Virus record (IMG/VR): IMGVR_UViG_3300036846_000608
Coordinates: 1-42,730 of that record
DNA: 42,730 nt
Source: a virus
Strand: one strand, 5' to 3'
Below are positions 32,247-40,796 of this stretch, piece by piece; positions within the stretch are counted from its first letter, which is position 1, and each line of letters opens with the position of its first letter. The position numbers and the translations under genes were made by a program. The notes under the pieces are model-generated. The model did not search any database. It had not been told where the DNA came from and was given only the letters and a program-made list of their open reading frames with translations.

Positions 32247-33561
32247 CCTTCTGCAGCATCGGCACGTCGCCGCCGGCCTTCATGAACATGGACAGGTGTG
32301 CGGCGTTCCGCGCCTCGGGCGACAGCAATCTCATATCCGGTCGCGCTGCCAGATGGGCCGCCGTGAGGTCGGGAAACATCACATCGACGGGAACGTGGCC
32401 AAACTGCCCCTGATAATCGCCGCCCATGACCGAACGGTAGGTACGATGTCGCGGCAGGAAATCCTCATTCACACGCTCGCCGGTCAGGCGAGACACTGAA
32501 CCCCCGGAAGCCGCTAACGGCACGTCGACCAGCCCAGGATCGGTCGCCGCGAAGCGAGCCTGATCAACCCGTGGGAAACCAGCATCACGGTATTCAGCCT
32601 TGTCCATTTCCTTGGCCAGTTTGACGCGCAGGCCGCCCGGCGCGCTCGCCAGATAATCCTGGGCGCGGTGCGACAGGATGCCTGGCCAGTTCGGATCGGT
32701 CTCGCGCATGACAGCGTCAAACCTGGCAAGCCCGCTATCGGTGATCGGCGCGTGCTGTGCCATGCTGACGAGCGTGTCGGAGACATGGTGCGAAAAATCA
32801 ATCGAGCGTTCGCCCATCGCCGAGTAAACGCCGTAGACCGGTGCGTCAGCTTCCTGGGCACGGTTCAACAGCCGCGTGACGGCAGGTTTCTCCGAAGCCC
32901 ACGCTGCACCCTTGCCAGCCATCTCCAGTGGATAATCCCGACCACCCTGCAGCCATGTCGGCATCTCGAACCGCTGTCCGCCGATGCCGAGAATGTCGCC
33001 CATGGCCGCGGCACGGTCGCCCGCGAGCGGCAACAGGTACGATCCCTCAACCGCAGCCGCAGGCAATTCTGGTCGCTGCACGTTGCGCAGCCGCATCGCG
33101 TATTCGGTGTCATGCACTGGTGAGGTGTGGCCTATCTTCGAAAACGGGCTCGAAAACAGTCTCGCCTTCCCGGCCTGCGCCTCGTCGGGATCAAGTGCGG
33201 CGCCAGCAGCGAGTGCAGCCATTCGCACTGGAATATTGCCGCCGCCGGTTGCAATGGTCAAACCAACGTCGAGCGGCGACGTCGGAATTAACTTGGCACC
33301 AACATCGGCGGCGACTGTGCCCGCCGTGCGCTGCGGCGGATCGGCGCGCCAGGCCGAGAACGGCACTAGCGGGTCCGGTTTTTCCTGCGGTGCCGGCGCC
33401 CTGGCATTGGGGTCAGGCCACATCGTGCCTTGCGGCTCGTAATGTAGTTGCTGCGCCAGCGTACCCATCGCCCATGGCGGCAGACCCTGGGTCGGGTCCG
33501 GCTGTTCTGCCAGTCCGCCCATCGGCAGGCCGCTCATCGGATCGTAGTAAGTGTCGCTCAT
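32173..33561 (-). CDS. 462-aa protein of unknown function, coupled to the upstream ART-like gene
   Basis: ATGA coupling. Long ORF with coding bias. Confidence 0.85.
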   Translation of the reverse strand: MSDTYYDPMSGLPMGGLAEQPDPTQGLPPWAMGTLAQQLHYEPQGTMWPDPNARAPAPQEKPDPLVPFSAWRADPPQRTAGTVAADVGAKLIPTSPLDVGLTIATGGGNIPVRMAALAAGAALDPDEAQAGKARLFSSPFSKIGHTSPVHDTEYAMRLRNVQRPELPAAAVEGSYLLPLAGDRAAAMGDILGIGGQRFEMPTWLQGGRDYPLEMAGKGAAWASEKPAVTRLLNRAQEADAPVYGVYSAMGERSIDFSHHVSDTLVSMAQHAPITDSGLARFDAVMRETDPNWPGILSHRAQDYLASAPGGLRVKLAKEMDKAEYRDAGFPRVDQARFAATDPGLVDVPLAASGGSVSRLTGERVNEDFLPRHRTYRSVMGGDYQGQFGHVPVDVMFPDLTAAHLAARPDMRLLSPEARNAAHLSMFMKAGGDVPMLQKATPQWVERLSRWQEANRMGDLARQ

Positions 33562-34487
33562 GGCGACACCTGATCTTGCGGCTGATACTGATCCTGCGCC
33601 GCCAGCGCACCCAAGGTGCCGGTAGGGGCGCCGACCACGCCGTATTTTTTCATGATGTCGACCATGCTGATCGGACTGTTGGGATCGAACACCACGTAGT
33701 TGTGGGTGGGTGGTGGATAGGATGACGAAAGCACGTCACCACTGGGCGATGTGGTAAGCGCCGGTCTGGCATTGCGGCTGCCTTCATCGAGATAGCGGAT
33801 GCCGGGAACGCCGGCCTCACGCAGCATGTTGCTCGATGCCTCTGCATTTTGCGTGAGACCGCCGATCCCCGAATAAAGCCTGCCGCCAGGCGATGTCGGC
33901 GCAATGCCCATGCGTTCAGCGATGATGTCGGGGTCTCCGATTTTGGCATCCCAGTGCGCCCGCAGCGCGTCATAGGCTTTTTGCTGCGCAATCGGCTTGT
34001 CCCAATCCAGAAACTGCGACGGGTCGGCATTGATGTTGACCTCGTACATCCGACCGGCGGGCTTCAACGGAACGCCGCTCTGGTATTGCTCGATGCCTTT
34101 GACGACATTCTGGATGCCTGGAATGTTGGCTTCGACGTTCCACGGTTGTACCGTGTTCGGATCGGCCACCTGCCTGCGCATCTCGTCGAGCCGCCCGCGA
34201 AAATCTTTCAGCAGTTCTTCCGGGTTGTATCCGGCCTCCAGCGAGTTGCCGACCCAGTATGGCAGTCGCTCACCGGTTTCGAGATAACGGTCCTTGAGGT
34301 CCGACAGTCGGTTGCGATAGCCCCTCGCGACGTCCTCGTTGCCGGCAAAATACAGTCCGTGGCCGTAGGCTTGCGCGCCCTCGCCGGTACCAATCTTGCC
34401 GATGTCAAAACGCTCGAAATCGTGCGGGCTACCGTGATAGGCACGGATGCCGGTGATCGTCCGCGCGATGGCATCGCGCCAACTCAT
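33558..34487 (-). CDS. polyvalent-protein-type domain protein, possible ADP-ribosyltransferase (H-Y-E class)
   Basis: N-terminus: AYHGSPHDFERFDIGKIGTGEGAQAYGHGLYFAGNEDVARGY. C-terminus: GVPGIRYLDEGSR...NYVVFDPN. From memory it resembles ART-PolyVal-like domains of phage polyvalent proteins. Not verified. Confidence 0.8.
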   Translation of the reverse strand: MSWRDAIARTITGIRAYHGSPHDFERFDIGKIGTGEGAQAYGHGLYFAGNEDVARGYRNRLSDLKDRYLETGERLPYWVGNSLEAGYNPEELLKDFRGRLDEMRRQVADPNTVQPWNVEANIPGIQNVVKGIEQYQSGVPLKPAGRMYEVNINADPSQFLDWDKPIAQQKAYDALRAHWDAKIGDPDIIAERMGIAPTSPGGRLYSGIGGLTQNAEASSNMLREAGVPGIRYLDEGSRNARPALTTSPSGDVLSSSYPPPTHNYVVFDPNSPISMVDIMKKYGVVGAPTGTLGALAAQDQYQPQDQVSP

Positions 34488-34750
34488 TGTCCGACCCCGC
34501 GACGGTAAGCGTTCAGCACCAGCGCACGGTCGAGATCAAATGCGCCAAGGTCGTTCGCCAGCCGCGTGACCGGCGGGATCGTTGCCCCGAGGCCGCCCTG
34601 CATCTGATAACCCAGTAGCTGCCGGCCCAGTTGCGGGACATCTGCGCGCATGATCGGCGGATCGTTGCGGCGGTCCTCGATCGGCGCCCGCCGCATCTGT
34701 TCCCAGTCCATTAGTTGCGCGGTGATGCGGTCTCTGACGTCATCGCTCAC
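34484..34750 (-). CDS. hypothetical 88-aa protein (GTG start)
   Basis: SD aagagg at 8 nt. ATGA coupling with the downstream gene. Confidence 0.65.
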   Translation of the reverse strand: MSDDVRDRITAQLMDWEQMRRAPIEDRRNDPPIMRADVPQLGRQLLGYQMQGGLGATIPPVTRLANDLGAFDLDRALVLNAYRRGVGQ

Positions 34751-34777
34751 GGATCGACCTCTTGTCGTATCATCGCA

Positions 34778-35635
34778 TCACCATCGATTGGGAATGACGA
34801 AAACACGCCGTCCAAAATTGAGTACGCCAGGCGGCACCTCAATAACGACTTGATCGGCGTGGCCGATAAAGGCGGCTCTATCACTTGCTTCGATTGCTGC
34901 CAACACGCCCGAGATCGCTCCCGCGACCGAGCCCGCAAAGGCAGCAATATCCCCTGCTTCCGTCGAGGCCCACGCCGCGGTGATCCTGACATCACCGGCG
35001 AAGCCCACAGTGTCGCCGGTCTCAACCGCGGCGAGTGTGCCGGAAATGGTCGGGAAAGTACCGGCGCCAGCGAACGCGGCAATATCCGTATTCTCTATCG
35101 CCGCGAGCGCACCTGAAACGATCAGGCTTCCGGCAAATAGAGCGCTGTCACCTATTTCAGTCGCCGCCAATGTGCCGGCAATGACGACCTGGCCAGCGAA
35201 GGCGACTACATCCTTCGCCTCGGTCGAAGCCAGCGCGCCGGAGACGACGACTTGACCGGCAAAGGCCGCGACGTCCCTGGCCTCGGTTGCGGCCAGTGCG
35301 CCGGAGGCGCCAACGGCACCGGTAAAGGCTGCGGCGTCCTTCGCCTCGGTAACAGCCAGTGCGCCGGAGACAATGACATTCCCGGCAAAGACCGCATGGT
35401 CCTGGGTCTCGGTGACAGCCAGTGCGCCGGAGACAACGACACTGCCGGCAAAGGCCGCGACATCTCTTGCTTCAGTCGTCGCTAACGCTGCACTTAGAAC
35501 AACCTGGCCAGTAAAAGCCGCACGATCCTGCGCCTCGGTGACCGCCAGTATTGCTAACTGACCATCCCAGAGCGCCTGATCCCAAAGACCGCTATCCCAA
35601 TATTGCGGTGGCGGTACGCCTCTGGGGTCTTCCAT
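34778..35635 (-). CDS. tandem-repeat protein: 11 x about 21 aa (ALAxTExxDxAAFAGxVxVSG)
   Basis: Repeats read directly from the translation. N-terminal Trp-rich QYWDSGLWDQALWDG. Confidence 0.85.
   Translation of the reverse strand: MEDPRGVPPPQYWDSGLWDQALWDGQLAILAVTEAQDRAAFTGQVVLSAALATTEARDVAAFAGSVVVSGALAVTETQDHAVFAGNVIVSGALAVTEAKDAAAFTGAVGASGALAATEARDVAAFAGQVVVSGALASTEAKDVVAFAGQVVIAGTLAATEIGDSALFAGSLIVSGALAAIENTDIAAFAGAGTFPTISGTLAAVETGDTVGFAGDVRITAAWASTEAGDIAAFAGSVAGAISGVLAAIEASDRAAFIGHADQVVIEVPPGVLNFGRRVFVIPNRW
34847..35557. repeat. coding tandem repeat array, period 63 nt, about 11 units
   Basis: ctcggt..gccagtgcgccggag recurs every 63 nt (for example 35282, 35345, 35408). Confidence 0.85.
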
Positions 35636-35646
35636 TCAAACGACAC

Positions 35647-36063
35647 CTAGCCATGCGTGATGGTTCCCGAGGTCACCGTCACGGTTTGCCCCGAAGTAAT
35701 TGAGGTCGAGGTCAGGTTAATGTCGGAACCGGAGGTGCCGACGGTCAAACCGGAAACAACGGTGGTGCCGGTATTGGTTCGCAGTTCGGCCTTGGCGGCA
35801 GTGCCGGTGGCCGAGGCCGCCACCGACAACGGCACGCCGGCCAGCGTTGCGATCACGGTGCCAGAGCCGGAGACGGTAAACGGCGCAGTAGTCAGCGCAA
35901 TAGTAGCGAGCACACCGACCGCACCGGCCAGCGAAGCAGTGCCGATCACCAATTGTCCGGCAGTCGCTGAACCGGTGGAAGCGGTAAAGGTCTTGCCCGC
36001 GACCTCGTCACTCATCAACTGCATGCGGTTGGTTTTCAGGGTGTCGTTATAGACGACGGCCAT
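35647..36063 (-). CDS. 138-aa Thr/Gly/Ala/Ser-rich beta protein downstream of the portal
   Basis: MAVVYNDTLKTNRMQL... then ..TVGTSGSDINLTSTSITSGQTVTVTSGTI. A recurrent phage family of unknown role. Confidence 0.8.
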   Translation of the reverse strand: MAVVYNDTLKTNRMQLMSDEVAGKTFTASTGSATAGQLVIGTASLAGAVGVLATIALTTAPFTVSGSGTVIATLAGVPLSVAASATGTAAKAELRTNTGTTVVSGLTVGTSGSDINLTSTSITSGQTVTVTSGTITHG

Positions 36064-36078
36064 GATGTCGTTCCCTTC

Positions 36079-38340
36079 TCATGGGATGAAGCCACCCTTC
36101 GGCATCTTGAACTGCTGGCTGGCGCGCCGGTCAGCCGCCTGTTGCGCGAACTGACTGGCCTGTTGCTGCTGCGCCCGCTCTTGCGCCTGCATCCTGGCGA
36201 TCTCCAGGGCGGTATCGACCTGGTGCTCGCGCATATCCTGATTGCTCTCCTGCTGGGTGGCCATCGCCCTGGCGTTGATCTCCTGCACCCTGGCTGAATG
36301 CTCCTGGTTGCGGCCCTGCACTTCCATCGCAGTGGAGACGCTGTCGGACTGGATTTTGGCAGCATCGGTCCTGCCCTTCTGATCGAACTGCTGGACTTTC
36401 AGTTGACGGTCGGCATTGTCGCGCTCTCTTTGATAGGCAATCTTCATCTGCTCGATCTGGATCGCGGCCTTGTTCTGCGCAGTGGCGGGGTCGTCGCCCT
36501 TGCCCTGGCCGGCCTTGCTCTCCATTATTTGCACCAGGCCGTCGATGGCGCCATCGAGGCTTCGTGAAACCCGGAACGGCGCCACCGAGAATTTCAGCAG
36601 TTCGCCGCAGAAGCCCGCGGTCTGCGGCTCGGCGGCGGCCATCTGCGCCAGTTGCGGCATCAATTGTCCGAGCATGCCGACGAACTCGGCCCTTCGTTGC
36701 TTCTCGGCATTCTCGTCGGCCTGGATGGTGCTATCAGTCTCGATGTCGAGCACAAACGACTTGGCGCGATTGTCTTTCAGAAACCTCAACACCGCTTCGA
36801 TGGTCGGCTGCTGCTGCAACTGCTGTATCTGCTGCTGCACCTGGGCCATCACCTGCTGCGCCAGTTGCGGGTTCGCTTGCGCCCGTTGCATCAATTGCGG
36901 GTTTTGCATGGCCTGCTGTGCCTGCTGCTGGATGCCAGCGATCTGCTGTTGCACCATCGCCTTCGTCGGCAGTTGGGTCTGGCTCATCTCGATGATGGTG
37001 ACGGGATTGAACTTCTCGGTGATGATCTCACTGGCTATTTCCACCAGGTCGCGCGCGATCCTGACGATCTCGGCCTGCTTGTCGCGGATACGAGAAGAAC
37101 CGTACTGGGTCTTCAACTGCTGGGCACCGAGGGTCTCCTGCGGATCGGTCGAGCCGCGCATGATGTCGGCCATGCCGGTGATCTGGTAGATGTCATCGAT
37201 CATCTTGCTCCTGAGATCGACCAGGTTCGACACCGTGGTGGCGATCATGTCGATCGGCATCCAGATGATGACTTCCTTGGTGCCGCCGAACGCCGCCCAG
37301 TTCGAGATCGGCACCATCACTCTGCCAGGAGTCTTGATCTTGATCGCGGCCTCGATCGCATCGCCGATCTCGGCACCGCCTGCGGGATAGAAACCCTTGA
37401 CCTCCAGCGCATCACTGAGCGCGTGGATTCTCGAGGTCAGCATATTGACCTCTTCCAACTGGTCCTTGTACTGCAGCACGTCGGGCACCGGCACCAGCGA
37501 GCCGCGCTGGCAGGTGCCGTAGGCCGGCTTTGGGCATGGAAAGAAATTCTGCAAGTCCAGGTGCGGATCGTCCTCGTCGAGGATCAGATCGCAGCCCTTG
37601 GCGACCCAGGCCACGCGACGGTCGGTCTTGCTCCAGATTTCCCAGAACTTGGCGCGCTCGCGTCGATCGGCGCCGCCGATCTCCTTGCTTTCCTTGTCGA
37701 CGCGATACTCGGCCTTCTGATATTCATCGCCGCTGGTTTTGCGGAAGCGTTGCCGCGCCTCGGATCGCGTCAGGTAAGAGGCGGCGGCAACCCAGGTCAC
37801 CTCGTACCAGCACCTGGAAATCGAATGCAGAAAATCCCTGCGGTGCTTGAAGTCGATGCAGACCCGTTCGCTGTCGTAGTAATTGTCATCACTACCGCTG
37901 TCATAGCGGCACCAGGCGACACCTCTACCGATCAGCGAGAGGTCGTCGCGGATCAGCATCATGATGTCGTCGATGCGGGCGAGATCGAATGAAACCACCG
38001 CGCAGCGCTCCATCACTTCGGAGGCCGCCTGGTAGATCGGTCGGCGATCCTTGAACTTCGGCACCACCACCGGGATCGGCGGGCGAGCATAGATCGAAGG
38101 CTTGATCACCTCGCAATTGGCCCAGAAAATCTGAAACTCCTTGTCGCGCGACAAGGTGGACAGGCGTTCCAGCGAGGCGAATTGCTTATCGATCTTGTCG
38201 CAGTGGTCGTGCCATTTCTCGAAGGCGTCTTCACTCTCCTGCAACAGGTTGAGCCAGGCCCTGGCCTTCTTCGGTTCGATGGTCGGATTGTATTCCTGGT
38301 CGTCGGTGCGGAGGTCTTCGTTAACCGGCGCGTCGTTCAC
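36079..38340 (-). CDS. portal protein
   Basis: 753 aa. GTGA-coupled directly to TerL. Long Q-rich helical C-terminal region. Assigned on position and size only. Confidence 0.75.
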   Translation of the reverse strand: MNDAPVNEDLRTDDQEYNPTIEPKKARAWLNLLQESEDAFEKWHDHCDKIDKQFASLERLSTLSRDKEFQIFWANCEVIKPSIYARPPIPVVVPKFKDRRPIYQAASEVMERCAVVSFDLARIDDIMMLIRDDLSLIGRGVAWCRYDSGSDDNYYDSERVCIDFKHRRDFLHSISRCWYEVTWVAAASYLTRSEARQRFRKTSGDEYQKAEYRVDKESKEIGGADRRERAKFWEIWSKTDRRVAWVAKGCDLILDEDDPHLDLQNFFPCPKPAYGTCQRGSLVPVPDVLQYKDQLEEVNMLTSRIHALSDALEVKGFYPAGGAEIGDAIEAAIKIKTPGRVMVPISNWAAFGGTKEVIIWMPIDMIATTVSNLVDLRSKMIDDIYQITGMADIMRGSTDPQETLGAQQLKTQYGSSRIRDKQAEIVRIARDLVEIASEIITEKFNPVTIIEMSQTQLPTKAMVQQQIAGIQQQAQQAMQNPQLMQRAQANPQLAQQVMAQVQQQIQQLQQQPTIEAVLRFLKDNRAKSFVLDIETDSTIQADENAEKQRRAEFVGMLGQLMPQLAQMAAAEPQTAGFCGELLKFSVAPFRVSRSLDGAIDGLVQIMESKAGQGKGDDPATAQNKAAIQIEQMKIAYQRERDNADRQLKVQQFDQKGRTDAAKIQSDSVSTAMEVQGRNQEHSARVQEINARAMATQQESNQDMREHQVDTALEIARMQAQERAQQQQASQFAQQAADRRASQQFKMPKGGFIP

Positions 38341-39698
38341 AGCACAATCCCTCGTCGTGGTTCAGCCGGCGGCGGAATGATGATGCCTTGCGGTCTGACA
38401 ACCGGTTTGACTTCGCGGAGCGAGGCCTGCTTGCGGGCCAGAGCGAGGTAGCGAAACGCATCTGCGGGATGCGAGGTCCAGTCGTGGACCGCGTTCGCCC
38501 GGAACGCCTTCTTGTCGTCGTCCCACTCTCTCCGATATTGTTCGAGTGCGGCGATGCCGTCCTCGCATCTGGGATCGAACACGCACAGCGGCAACAATCG
38601 CCTCGCCGCGTTGATGCCGTCCTGCATGGTGGCTGAAGGTACCAGCATCGGATGCAGGCCGAGTTCGACCATGGTCTCGACCCTGGTCTTGCCTGATCCA
38701 AATTCCCTGATTTTGGCATCGTGAGGGACGTAGTCGTTGCCGCGCTTCCAGCCGTATTTCAATTCCCGGGCTTCGATCTCGGCGAGGTAGTAGTCGAGCC
38801 CGACACCGGACTGCGCGAGATGATCGAGGATGAACACTTGCGCGCCAACTCTCTGGAACCACCAGATCGAGGTGTCGTCCTTGACGCCCAAATCCCAGGC
38901 GCGATGCACCAGTTGATCCCCCAGTGCCGTGATCTCTGTGATGCGCTGCTCATTTCTGACCTGCGCCATTTCCAGCGAGTAAAATGAACCGAGGATGGCG
39001 GCGTTGAACGAGCAGAGATATTCCTGCTCGAACTGGGCACGGCCCACGTCATCACCGAACAGGGCTGTATATTCCGCCAGCGCCTGGTCGAGTTGCAGAT
39101 CACTCAGCGCCCCGGTGTCGCGCGCGGTCAGCAGTTCGCAGAACCAATTTTGAGCTCTGACGGCGTGGTCGTACATCGCCTTGGCGTGGTTGTGACCACG
39201 TGGAGTAGTGATGAAGGCGGCCCAGCCGTTGTTCTCCTGCAGAATAGGTCTGTGGTAGCCCCAGGCACTGGGGTTACTGAGCGCCCATTCGGAGTAGGTG
39301 ATGCCGGCGACCCCTGAGCCCAGGGTGGCGTCGTAGCGGTCCGAGCCCACCACCTGCCAGGTCGAGCCGTTGACAAAGCGGATGAACATCTCGTTGTCGT
39401 TGACGTTCTCGCGCATCGCTTCGGGGAAGGCCTCGTCGATCCTTCGCCTGCCGGTGTGGGAGTTGACCGCGTTCCAGATTGCCTTTCGGCCCTGGTTGTA
39501 TTCCGGCAGGCAGGTCCAGTAGTTGCCGGGGCGCTTGATGGCTGAGACAGCAGTGTGGTGCAGGCAGACCTCGTCCTTGCCGGCACGTCGATGCCAGACG
39601 GCAAGCGCACGATCGCCGCCGGCCTGTAAAAATTCCCACAGCCGCATCTGGTGCGGCCTGGGCATCCAGTTGTTGTGCGGCAGTGAGATGTCGGGCAA
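38337..39698 (-). CDS. terL: terminase large subunit
   Basis: ALAVWHRRAGKDEV is a Walker-A-like segment. FITTPRGHNH. Nuclease-domain pattern AWDLGVKDDTSIWWFQ ... HD. TTG start with a gagg SD; in-frame ATG at 39668. Confidence 0.9.
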   Translation of the reverse strand: MPDISLPHNNWMPRPHQMRLWEFLQAGGDRALAVWHRRAGKDEVCLHHTAVSAIKRPGNYWTCLPEYNQGRKAIWNAVNSHTGRRRIDEAFPEAMRENVNDNEMFIRFVNGSTWQVVGSDRYDATLGSGVAGITYSEWALSNPSAWGYHRPILQENNGWAAFITTPRGHNHAKAMYDHAVRAQNWFCELLTARDTGALSDLQLDQALAEYTALFGDDVGRAQFEQEYLCSFNAAILGSFYSLEMAQVRNEQRITEITALGDQLVHRAWDLGVKDDTSIWWFQRVGAQVFILDHLAQSGVGLDYYLAEIEARELKYGWKRGNDYVPHDAKIREFGSGKTRVETMVELGLHPMLVPSATMQDGINAARRLLPLCVFDPRCEDGIAALEQYRREWDDDKKAFRANAVHDWTSHPADAFRYLALARKQASLREVKPVVRPQGIIIPPPAEPRRGIVL

Positions 39699-39723
39699 GA
39701 TCGGGCCTCAAAGGGGAACGACG

Positions 39724-40164
39724 ATGAAACTCAGCTTCGACAAGCGCAGCGGCAGCTTCGGCTTCCACGAATGGAACCTGGAGGCGATGGAGGAATTTCA
39801 GGGGCTCCTGAAAAAGATGATCCGCGAGGGACTGCAACTCGCCAGCGAGCAATATCCCTGCAACGCCCACTTCCCGATCGAGTGGATCGACAGCGACGGC
39901 CATGACGGGCCGCCACCAGCCGACCCCTCCACCATCTATGTCAGCTTTCAACTCGGCGAGAACGAGGATGACGATGCGGGCTGGACCTTCACCCTGACCG
40001 ACCTGATCAGCAACACCATCGAACTGCACGAATATGGCGAAGGCGGTCCGATCGCCGGCAAAGCCAGACCGATGTTCGAAGGCCTGGCCACTAGCCTGCG
40101 AGGTCTCGCTGACGTGCTGGACGCGGCGCTGCAGCGGCCCGTCGCGACCCGCCGAAAGGAGTAA
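39724..40164 (+). CDS. acidic 146-aa protein encoded antisense to the late operon, divergent from terL
   Basis: ATG follows caaaggggaacgacg. Very strong GC3 bias in the plus frame. Asp/Glu-rich. Confidence 0.75.
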   Translation: MKLSFDKRSGSFGFHEWNLEAMEEFQGLLKKMIREGLQLASEQYPCNAHFPIEWIDSDGHDGPPPADPSTIYVSFQLGENEDDDAGWTFTLTDLISNTIELHEYGEGGPIAGKARPMFEGLATSLRGLADVLDAALQRPVATRRKE

Positions 40165-40245
40165 AGCGCGGGACCACGGGCTCTCGACTGTTGTTGCCGA
40201 CACCTGTCGAGTGGTCGGGCCGCAGCGGAACTGATAACACCGCGG

Positions 40246-40431
40246 CTAGTTCAGCCGACGCTCCATCCTGAGAATGTCGGCCAGAATTTCGGTGTGATAG
40301 CGTTCAAACTCTTTCGCGTCATCCGCAAACATGTCAGCCAGCATATTGGCCCTGACATGGGGATCGGTGATCTTCCTGCCGTCGATCGTCAAATCCTCGG
40401 TCCAGTCGAACCGCTGCCACCATTTTTCCAT
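40246..40431 (-). CDS. hypothetical 61-aa protein
   Basis: Start overlaps the upstream stop by 1 nt. Confidence 0.6.
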   Translation of the reverse strand: MEKWWQRFDWTEDLTIDGRKITDPHVRANMLADMFADDAKEFERYHTEILADILRMERRLN

Positions 40432-40733
40432 CAGGCCTTGTCCCTCAGTTCACGCTGTCGAGCCCGCAGCTTCCTTGACCGCTCGGTTGCCGTCATCGGT
40501 ACAGGCTTCACGGTCTGCGGTGTTGCACTGAGTTCAGCCCTGAGACGCGCGACCTCAAGACGCAACAGTTCATTCTCGCGTTCCAGATCGCTCATCAGGA
40601 AATTGGACACCGGTTTCTCGTTCACTGATTGAAGTGCAACATCCTCGTTGCGTGCAACGGGTTTCGTTGCAACATCGTTGCAAAGCCGGCTCCAGTGCCT
40701 GGTGCCACAGGTGCGACAGACCGGGGCGTCCAT
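40431..40733 (-). CDS. Zn-ribbon plus coiled-coil plus basic-tail protein (100 aa)
   Basis: CRTCGTRHW..C at the N-terminus, LERENELLRLEVARLRAEL, and C-terminal TATERSRKLRARQRE. Confidence 0.7.
   Translation of the reverse strand: MDAPVCRTCGTRHWSRLCNDVATKPVARNEDVALQSVNEKPVSNFLMSDLERENELLRLEVARLRAELSATPQTVKPVPMTATERSRKLRARQRELRDKA
40634..40684. promoter_or_regulatory. cluster of GTTGC/GCAAC half-sites, including the palindrome GTTGCAAC, inside a CDS
   Basis: gtGCAAC..cGTTGCgtGCAACg..cGTTGCAACatcGTTGCAA read directly. Confidence 0.35.
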
Positions 40734-40782
40734 GCGATTTCCTCGCGCGTTGAGATGAGAAGCGGGGGGATGGAGGGTCCAT

Positions 40783-40796
40783 GGGTACCGGTACCC
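40783..40796. promoter_or_regulatory. perfect 14-bp palindrome GGGTACCGGTACCC in a 181-nt non-coding spacer
   Basis: Read directly. Confidence 0.4.

Noticed and set aside
34847-35557. Regular 63-nt periodicity, considered as a CRISPR-like array.
   Set aside because: There is no alternation of conserved repeat and unique spacer. The whole array is one ORF with conserved amino-acid periodicity, and no cas genes are present.
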